Assembly (NCBI GenBank): GCA_964344385.1
Contig: CAYFNG010000002.1
Coordinates: 193,476-257,475 of the forward strand
Source: an uncultured Sneathiellales bacterium
Lineage (GTDB): Bacteria > Pseudomonadota > Alphaproteobacteria > CAYFNG01
DNA: 64,000 nt
Reading direction: 5' to 3'
Shown: positions 57,671 to 64,000 of the stretch, one piece after another
How positions within the stretch are numbered: the stretch's first letter is position 1
Layout: every line of letters starts with the position of its first letter
Notes under the pieces: model-generated
What the model saw: only the letters and a program-made list of their open reading frames with translations
Told to the model about the DNA's origin: nothing
Database searches by the model: none
Program-made: the position numbers and the translations under genes

Positions 57671-58411
57671 CTATTGCACCGCGGTTCCCGTTTCGCCCCG
57701 GCCTTCGGCGACCAGTCTGGCGGTCGCGGCCTCGATCCGTCCCTCCAGCACCGCCATGAACTCCTTGCGCTTCAGTCCCGGCGGGATCGGTTCCAGGAAC
57801 TCGACGATGACGGTGCCGGGATGGCGCAGGAACGAGCGACGCGGCCAATAGAGGCCGGAATTCAGGGCGACGGGCACCACCGGCAGGTCGAGCTGGCCAT
57901 AGATCGCCGCGATCCCCGGCTGGTAGGCGATGCGCTGGTCGACCGGCGACCGCGTGCCCTCAGGGAAGATCATGATCATCTGGTCGCGGTCGATCGCCTC
58001 TCGGGCCGCCTTGATCATCGCCTTGACCGCCTTGGCGCCGCCCTTGCGGTCGACCGGGATCATGCCGGCCTTGCGCATCTCGGCGCCGAACAGCGGGATC
58101 TGCATCAACTCCTTTTTCAACACCGTGGCGATGGTCGGGAACAGCCGATGAAAAAAAATCGTGTCCCAGGCCGACTGGTGCTTGGCGGCGATGATGCAAG
58201 GCTGGGTCGGCAGGTCGCCCCGCACTTGGTAGTGCAGCCCGGCAATCTTCAGCAGCACGTCGTAGATCCCGACCGCCCAGATCTGCTTGGCGGCGATCAG
58301 GACCGGCCGGGGCAGCAGCACCAATGGCAGGGCGGTGACAACGCACACCGTGCCCCAGACATAAAAGCAGATGTCGAACAGCACCGATCGCACGGCCGTG
58401 ATCATGACCAA
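57671..58411 (-). CDS. plsC: 1-acyl-sn-glycerol-3-phosphate acyltransferase
   Basis: 246 aa. HX4D motif (AAKHQSAWD) and FPEGTRS motif. Confidence 0.85.
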   Translation of the reverse strand: MVMITAVRSVLFDICFYVWGTVCVVTALPLVLLPRPVLIAAKQIWAVGIYDVLLKIAGLHYQVRGDLPTQPCIIAAKHQSAWDTIFFHRLFPTIATVLKKELMQIPLFGAEMRKAGMIPVDRKGGAKAVKAMIKAAREAIDRDQMIMIFPEGTRSPVDQRIAYQPGIAAIYGQLDLPVVPVALNSGLYWPRRSFLRHPGTVIVEFLEPIPPGLKRKEFMAVLEGRIEAATARLVAEGRGETGTAVQ

Positions 58412-58427
58412 CTACCCCCCAACTTCC

Positions 58428-59021
58428 TCAGCCGATCAGCCGCGCCCGGATCAGGCTGAAGGCAAACTTGCTGTACTCCCGCGCCAAAAGGTACAGGGTG
58501 CCCGGCCAGGCCCACCATTCCAAATGGCGCACATGGCTGGGGAATACCGGTTCGGCGAACAGTTCCACCTCGGGCAGGCGGCGGCGCAGTTCGACCAGGC
58601 TGCGCGGCATATGATAGCCTGAGGTCACCACCCGCAAGGTTTGAATGCCGTGCTTGGCGGCCCAGGCCGCGGTCTCTTCCGCGTTGCCGGCGGTATTGCG
58701 GGCCTTGTAGTCCAGGTCAACGCAGCAGGCAAAGATCGGTGCTTGCGACTGATTGAGGCCGGCCTTGATCGATTCGCCCGCACCGGCCCCGACACCGGAC
58801 AAGAACATCCGCCGGCCCATGCCGGCCGCCATCAGTTCCAGCCCTTTTTCGACCCGCGATGTGCCGCCGGTCAGCACCACGATACCGTCGGTTTGTCGCT
58901 GCGGCTGCTCGGGACCAGCGGGCAGGGATTCAACGAAACGCAGGAACCCGCCGAACCACAGCAGCAGCAGGGCGAAAACCGCCACCCCGACACCGCGCAT
59001 GGGGCGAAACAGTTTCATCAA
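58428..59021 (-). CDS. YdcF/ElyC-family (DUF218) protein
   Basis: 197 aa. N-terminal TM, DUF218-like core (IVVLTGG...GYHMPRS). Confidence 0.65.
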   Translation of the reverse strand: MMKLFRPMRGVGVAVFALLLLWFGGFLRFVESLPAGPEQPQRQTDGIVVLTGGTSRVEKGLELMAAGMGRRMFLSGVGAGAGESIKAGLNQSQAPIFACCVDLDYKARNTAGNAEETAAWAAKHGIQTLRVVTSGYHMPRSLVELRRRLPEVELFAEPVFPSHVRHLEWWAWPGTLYLLAREYSKFAFSLIRARLIG

Positions 59022-59566
59022 TCCCCGGCCGGCGCCAACAGTGCGTCGACCGCGGCTGCCAGGTCGTCATGGACCGCGACCGGAAGCACCTCGGGTGGCA
59101 ATCCGGCGGCCTGGGTCTTGGCCCCCTTGCCGCTGCGCACCAGGATACGGCGGCAGCCCAGGCTGGCCGCGGCCTGCAGGTCGCGCAGCGCGTCCCCGAT
59201 CATGACCGTATTTTGTGGCGTGGTGCGAAATCTGGTTGCTGCCTCGCGCAACATGCCCGGCCCAGGCTTGCGGCGGTCGCTGGCGGCCCAGGGCGGGTCG
59301 GGGCAATACAGGATCATGTCCAGGTGCCCGCCTTCGGCGGCGATCCGGTCGCGAAGATGGTCGTGGATCCGTTGCAACATGGCTTCGCTGATAATGCCCT
59401 TGCCGACACAAGCCTGATTGGTGACAACGGCGACATTATGACCTGCTGCGTTGAGCCGCGCCACCGCGGCGGCGGCACCGGGCAGCATCACCATCTCGTC
59501 GGGCGATTTGACATAGTCCTCCCGGTCCTGGTTGAGGACGCCGTCGCGGTCGAGCAGGACAAGCAT
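59018..59566 (-). CDS. gmhB: HAD-IIIA phosphatase, D,D-heptose 1,7-bisphosphate phosphatase-like
   Basis: 182 aa. Motif I DRDGVLN, motif II VVTNQ, and a K...GD(x)3D C-terminal motif. Confidence 0.7.
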   Translation of the reverse strand: MLVLLDRDGVLNQDREDYVKSPDEMVMLPGAAAAVARLNAAGHNVAVVTNQACVGKGIISEAMLQRIHDHLRDRIAAEGGHLDMILYCPDPPWAASDRRKPGPGMLREAATRFRTTPQNTVMIGDALRDLQAAASLGCRRILVRSGKGAKTQAAGLPPEVLPVAVHDDLAAAVDALLAPAGD

Positions 59567-59569
59567 CGG

Positions 59570-60445
59570 CTACATGATCCGCGCCAGGTGCCGCAGCACC
59601 GTGATCCGGGCCGTCAGGGTGGCGATCAGGGTCGCGCTGGCCGGCAGGATCGCCAGTGCCACCCAGGTGGTAATCCCCATTTTCAGCGACGGCAGCAGCG
59701 GTGCCTGCAGCGCCGCGCCGAAATGTTCGACGACGACCAGCATGGCAACGCCGACGACAATGCCGATCAGGCTGCCGCGCAGCGCCAGTTTCAAGGCATG
59801 GTGTTGAAACTCACGGGCGATGAAGGCGTCCTGGGCCCCGATCATGTGCAACAGTTCGACCACCTCGCGGTGGACCACCAGCCCGGCCCGGGTGGTGAAG
59901 ATGACGATGGCGACGGTGGCCAGGGCGATCAGGGCGACGATCCCGACGCCCAGCCATTGCAGGGTCTGGGTCAAGGCGACCAGTGGCGCCAGCCAGGTGC
60001 GATGCAGTTCCAGGGCCGAACCCGGCACTGCCTTGGCCAGTTCCTCGGCCACCGGCGCCAGGTCGATTTCCGCACCCTCGCGCACCCGGACGTCGATCAG
60101 TTGCGGGACCGGCAAATCGACGGCACCCTCGACGGTGCCCAGCCAGGGTTTGATCAGTTCCATCATTTCCGATTCGCTCAAGCGCCGGACCTCGGCGATC
60201 TCGGACCTGGCATCCAGGAAGGCGATGGTGTCGCTGACCCGCTGTTCGAAGCTTTCCGGCGGTTCGGCCGCGACCTGGGCAGTCAGACCTGACGCCAATT
60301 CGTCCAGCCAGCGGGCGCTGGCCTGGCTCAAGGCCAAGGCGCCTCCCAGGCTGAGCGTCGCGACGAAGACCATCACCGCGATGACCCAGGGCAGCAGCCG
60401 GCCCGAGGCGTCGCGATCGGGAAGCAGTTCGTCGCGTCGTTTCAT
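59570..60445 (-). CDS. ftsX: Cell-division ABC transporter permease FtsX-like
   Basis: 291 aa. N-terminal TM, periplasmic domain, three C-terminal TM segments. Translationally coupled to ftsE. Confidence 0.8.
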   Translation of the reverse strand: MKRRDELLPDRDASGRLLPWVIAVMVFVATLSLGGALALSQASARWLDELASGLTAQVAAEPPESFEQRVSDTIAFLDARSEIAEVRRLSESEMMELIKPWLGTVEGAVDLPVPQLIDVRVREGAEIDLAPVAEELAKAVPGSALELHRTWLAPLVALTQTLQWLGVGIVALIALATVAIVIFTTRAGLVVHREVVELLHMIGAQDAFIAREFQHHALKLALRGSLIGIVVGVAMLVVVEHFGAALQAPLLPSLKMGITTWVALAILPASATLIATLTARITVLRHLARIM

Positions 60446-61161
60446 TTCATCGCCACTTTTGGGATCGACGGGTCCTCGACCGACACCCGGCCGTCCTCGA
60501 TTCGCAGGATTGGATAGCCGAATTTGGCGACCAGGTTCTCATCATGGCTGGCGATGACGATGGCGGTGCCCAGCCGGTTCAGTTCGACGAACAGGCGCAT
60601 CAGCCGCATTCCCATCTGGCCGTCGACGCTGCCGGTGGGTTCGTCGGCCAGCAGAAAGCGCGGCCGGCCGATCACCGCCCGGGCGATGGCGACGCGCTGT
60701 TTCTCGCCGCCCGAAAGGGTCGGGGGATAGGCGTTCAGCTTGTCGGCCAGCCCGACCCAGGTCAGCAGTTCGGTGACGTGTTCGGTGATTTTCTGGTTGC
60801 TGACATCACCGGCGACCCGCAGCGTCAGGGCGACGTTCTCCATGGCCGTCAAATGGTCCAGCAGGTGAAAATCCTGGAACACCACCCCGATCTGGCGGCG
60901 CAACTCGGGCAGCTTCGCCCGCGGCGCCGTGGCGATGTCCTGGTCGAACATGGTGATCAGGCCGCGGCTGGGCGGCAGAGCCAGGTACATCAGGCGCAAT
61001 AGCGAGGTCTTGCCGGCGCCGCTGGGGCCGGTCAGGAAGTGGAACGACCCCGGCTCCAGGCGGAACGAAACGTCCTGCAGCACTTCCGGACCCATACCGT
61101 ACCGTACGCCGACATTTTCGAACCGAACCAAAGGGCCCGAATCCTGTATCGTGCTGCTCAT
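60442..61161 (-). CDS. ftsE: Cell-division ATP-binding protein FtsE
   Basis: 239 aa. Walker A GPSGAGKTS, signature LSGGEKQRV, Walker B LLADEPTGSVD. Confidence 0.85.
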   Translation of the reverse strand: MSSTIQDSGPLVRFENVGVRYGMGPEVLQDVSFRLEPGSFHFLTGPSGAGKTSLLRLMYLALPPSRGLITMFDQDIATAPRAKLPELRRQIGVVFQDFHLLDHLTAMENVALTLRVAGDVSNQKITEHVTELLTWVGLADKLNAYPPTLSGGEKQRVAIARAVIGRPRFLLADEPTGSVDGQMGMRLMRLFVELNRLGTAIVIASHDENLVAKFGYPILRIEDGRVSVEDPSIPKVAMK

Positions 61162-61231
61162 TTCCGTCAGCCTTGCCTTGACCCAGGCAAACGCCTATAA
61201 GGTTTTAGCCGCAGATTCAAGTATATACGGC

Positions 61232-62074
61232 ATGATCCTAACCTGCCCATCTTGCGCAACGCGCTATTTAGTCAATCCCGATGTGTTGGGTACCAACGGG
61301 CGAACTGTGCGTTGTGCCAAATGTGGTGATTCCTGGTATCAGGAGCCGCAGATCACCCAGACGGCGCCACCCGAGCCTGCGCCCGTGGATGCCCCGGCTG
61401 CCGAGGCGCCAGCCGACGACCCCAGCGAGGCGCCGGCACCGGAACAGGCGCCGGCACCAGAACCGAAACCCGAACCGGTTCGGGAAGTGCCGCCGGTGAC
61501 GCCGATCCCGGACGCCGTCAAACCGATACCGCGGGGGTCGAACCTGCCCGCCTTGCGTGGCCAGAAACCTAGCCGGCCGGCCTGGGTCGGGTGGGCGGCC
61601 CTGGTGGCTGTTATCGCCATCGTGTTCGGTGCCGGCTATTTCTTCCGCGGCCCGATCGCCGCGACCTGGCCACCGGCGACAAAACTGTACGCCATGTTGG
61701 GCGTCACGATGCCGGCACCGCCGGCCAAGGCCCCGGAAAGCCCCAGCGCCAAACCGGAACAGCCGCAGGACCTGGGCCTGAAACTGGGCAACATCATCGC
61801 CGAGCAGCGCCGCGAGGAAGGGGTGCTGGTCCTCAAGATCACCGGCGAGATCATCAATGTCGTCCAGGAAATGCAGGCCATCCCGCCAATCCGCATTCGG
61901 ATCTTCAATCCCGAAAGCGAACAGGTGGCAGCCTGGAATCATCAGGTCAAGAAATCGGAATTGGCTCCGGGCGAAAAGCTGACCTTCACCACAAGGCTGA
62001 CCAACCCGCCAAAGGATACCGCCAAGCTGGAAGCGACGTTCCTGCAGGACCAAAGCCCGACGCTGACCCGTTAG
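61232..62074 (+). CDS. Zinc-ribbon (MJ0042-type) / DUF3426 domain protein with Pro-rich linker and one TM
   Basis: Start MILTCPSCATRYLVNPDVLGTNGRTVRCAKCGDSW (CxxC...CxxC ribbon). PEPAP-rich low-complexity linker, TM segment WVGWAALVAVIAIVFGAGYFF, conserved C-terminal domain. Confidence 0.7.
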   Translation: MILTCPSCATRYLVNPDVLGTNGRTVRCAKCGDSWYQEPQITQTAPPEPAPVDAPAAEAPADDPSEAPAPEQAPAPEPKPEPVREVPPVTPIPDAVKPIPRGSNLPALRGQKPSRPAWVGWAALVAVIAIVFGAGYFFRGPIAATWPPATKLYAMLGVTMPAPPAKAPESPSAKPEQPQDLGLKLGNIIAEQRREEGVLVLKITGEIINVVQEMQAIPPIRIRIFNPESEQVAAWNHQVKKSELAPGEKLTFTTRLTNPPKDTAKLEATFLQDQSPTLTR

Positions 62075-62110
62075 CCTTCGAACCGCCCCGAGCGATCCAG
62101 GAAGACCGCG

Positions 62111-62647
62111 ATGGACATACAAGACCGACCGATTCAGTTGTTGTTTTCCGAGCGCGAGATCCAGGACCGCATTGCGGTTCTGGCCCAGGAGATCGCCGCG
62201 TCCATGGGCGAAAACGTGATGATCGTGTCAATCCTTAAGGGCAGTTTCGTGTTTGCCGCCGACCTGATCCGGTCGCTGCACCATGCCGGCATGCGGCCGC
62301 GCATCGATTTCATGACCCTGTCCAGTTATGGCACCGGGACCGAAAGCAAGGGTGAGGTGACGATCACCCGGGATATCAGCGACGACATCCGCGAGGCCGA
62401 GGTCCTGGTGATCGACGACATCTTGGAATCGGGCCGTACGCTCGCCTTCGCCCGCGACCTGCTGCTGGAACGGGGCGCCAAGGCCTGCCGGCTGTGCATC
62501 CTGCTGGACAAGCCGGAAAAACGCTCCATCGATCTGAACGCCGATTTCACCGGTTTTCGCATCCCCGACCGGTTCGTGATCGGCTATGGGCTGGATTACG
62601 CGCATTATTTCCGCGAACTGCCCTATATCGGCTATTTCGCGGACTGA
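62111..62647 (+). CDS. hpt: Hypoxanthine phosphoribosyltransferase
   Basis: 178 aa. PRPP-binding motif VLVIDDILESGRTL. Confidence 0.9.
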   Translation: MDIQDRPIQLLFSEREIQDRIAVLAQEIAASMGENVMIVSILKGSFVFAADLIRSLHHAGMRPRIDFMTLSSYGTGTESKGEVTITRDISDDIREAEVLVIDDILESGRTLAFARDLLLERGAKACRLCILLDKPEKRSIDLNADFTGFRIPDRFVIGYGLDYAHYFRELPYIGYFAD

Positions 62648-62652
62648 GGCTG

Positions 62653-63264
62653 TTGCCCGACTGCCCCAAATGCGGACATCACTGGCCGGACCCGCCGCCG
62701 GCCGACCCCGACGACGACGACATCATCGCCCAGTGGCAGAAGACCCGCCGCTTCCGGCCCGGCAGCCCACCGCCGAAGCCGAAGCGGCCGGTCAATCCCC
62801 TGCGCCGCTGGGGGCCGCTGCTGGTCTTGGGCGTGCTGATCCTGATGGTGTTGGGGCGCGACCGGATCCACGCGACCTGGCCGCCGATCGGCGCGTTCTA
62901 CGAGGCGCTGGGCCTGCCGCTCAAGCCCCTGGGGCCGATTCCGCACCAGGTGGCGCCGCGGCCCGAAGGCGCGGTCATCGGCTTCTCGGTGCGCAACCTG
63001 ACCGCCCGGCCGGCGGTCGAAGCCGGCCGGACCTATCTTCGGGTGACCGGCGAAGTGGTCAACAATGGCGAGCAGTGGCTGGTGCCGCCGCCGGTCCGGA
63101 TCCGGGTCCTGGACGATGCCGGCAAACCGATCGCCGAATGGGACCATGCCCTGGGGGGCGAGGCGCTGGCGCCGGGCAAGAGCCTGGCCTTCTCAACCGC
63201 CCGGGCCGATCCGCCCGAGGCCGCCGCGCGCCTGGAAGCGGGGTTCGTCCAGGCCGGCAAGTGA
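62653..63264 (+). CDS. DUF3426-like membrane protein, paralog of 61232-62074 (short zinc-ribbon)
   Basis: CPKCGHHW ribbon half, Pro-rich linker, TM LLVLGVLILMVL. The C-terminal domain aligns with the upstream paralog (ATWPP..Y..LG; LEA.F.Q). Start uncertain: no ATG; TTG at 62653 or CTG at 62650. Confidence 0.5.
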   Translation: MPDCPKCGHHWPDPPPADPDDDDIIAQWQKTRRFRPGSPPPKPKRPVNPLRRWGPLLVLGVLILMVLGRDRIHATWPPIGAFYEALGLPLKPLGPIPHQVAPRPEGAVIGFSVRNLTARPAVEAGRTYLRVTGEVVNNGEQWLVPPPVRIRVLDDAGKPIAEWDHALGGEALAPGKSLAFSTARADPPEAAARLEAGFVQAGK

Positions 63265-63347
63265 CTGGCCAACCCGGTTCAGATTTGCGCATCCGACTTG
63301 GCTCGGGCATCATCGCGCCATCGATTTTCTGACGGGGGATTTGGGCC

Positions 63348-64000
63348 ATGCACCCGAACGGCCACGGCAATATCCGTGAACTGCAGCCCTATGAACAGCC
63401 GGAAGCCGCGGTGGCACGGATGACGGAAATCTATTCCGACGGCCGGGCCCTGTTGAAGGCGCATTTCGACCGCTTCGTCGCCGGCGAGGAGGGGTTGGAG
63501 AAAGTTGACGCCTGCTACCCCTATCTCGGCATCGAAGTGCCGACCGCCCCGGCCGGCGGCCGTGGCGCGCTGTCCTACGGCGCGGTGGCCGAAGCCGGGA
63601 CCTATGGCGTCACGGTTACCGACCCTGAACTGTTCCACGACTATCTGTTGGAGCAGGTGCGGCTGCTGCTGGCCAATCACGGCCAGCCGGTCTGGGTCGG
63701 CATATCGGACCGCCAGATCCCGTTGACTTTTGCGTTGGAAGGCATGACCGCGGATCTCGGTGCCGACCAGGTGGCGCGGCTGGTCGACGTCTTTCACCTG
63801 CCGGACCTGGCCCAGATCGACGATCAGGTCGCCAATGGCATCGATCGCGGGCTGGGTGCGGGGCCCCGGCCGCTCTCGCTGTTTTCGGCCGAGCGGATCG
63901 ATTATTCGCTGTCGCGGCTGGCCCATTACAGCGGCACCGCGCCCCGCCATTTCCAGCGCTTCGTTTTGTTCACCAACTACCAACGCTATGTCGACGAGTT
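63348..64000 (+). CDS. amn: AMP nucleosidase, N-terminal part (runs off the window end)
   Basis: Open from the ATG at 63348 (MHPNGHGNIRELQPYEQPEAAVARMTEIY...) to the window end. Characteristic AMP-nucleosidase N-domain block SLSRLAHYSGTAPRHFQRFVLFTNYQRYVDEF. Confidence 0.7.
   Translation, partial: MHPNGHGNIRELQPYEQPEAAVARMTEIYSDGRALLKAHFDRFVAGEEGLEKVDACYPYLGIEVPTAPAGGRGALSYGAVAEAGTYGVTVTDPELFHDYLLEQVRLLLANHGQPVWVGISDRQIPLTFALEGMTADLGADQVARLVDVFHLPDLAQIDDQVANGIDRGLGAGPRPLSLFSAERIDYSLSRLAHYSGTAPRHFQRFVLFTNYQRYVDE

Overview
High-GC (~65%) chromosomal segment, most likely from a marine/soil alphaproteobacterium (GcrA cell-cycle regulator, MetXW, ExoP/ExoY/ExoF-type EPS genes, hisC-tyrC, class II nrdJ). 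No transposases, integrases, CRISPR arrays, rRNA or tRNA genes were seen; all RNA and regulatory calls are by eye. Layout: (1) 1-9.6 kb, a Wzx/Wzc-dependent exopolysaccharide locus carrying two PAPS-type sulfotransferases, so a sulfated EPS is predicted; (2) 9.7-17.7 kb, gcrA, an orphan radical-SAM/SPASM enzyme, a 1354-aa secreted repeat protein and a Wzy_C (O-antigen-ligase-like) membrane protein; (3) 17.8-38.3 kb, accessory catabolic and transport genes (GMC oxidoreductase, esterase, atypical orphan LuxR-type response regulator beside a strongly AT-rich island, OYE/FadH-like flavoreductase, Dpp-type ABC system, lone Mo-hydroxylase large subunit with a DUF3604 protein and GntR regulator, TauE, YHS protein, MFS); (4) 38.4-43.6 kb, the most unusual module: a cytoplasmic non-respiratory reductive-dehalogenase (RdhA) homologue with twin Fe-S motifs, preceded by a low-GC small gene, a dense cluster of palindromic operators and a two-subunit CoA-transferase; (5) 43.6-64 kb, housekeeping genes (recQ, metW, metX, chorismate mutase, hisC, tyrC, nrdJ with DnaA boxes, plsC, ftsEX, hpt, amn) interrupted by two tandem paralogous secreted proteins with beta-gamma-crystallin-like motifs. 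Long antisense 'shadow' ORFs from the six-frame track were discarded. Gene starts were refined where an RBS or signal peptide made the choice clear.
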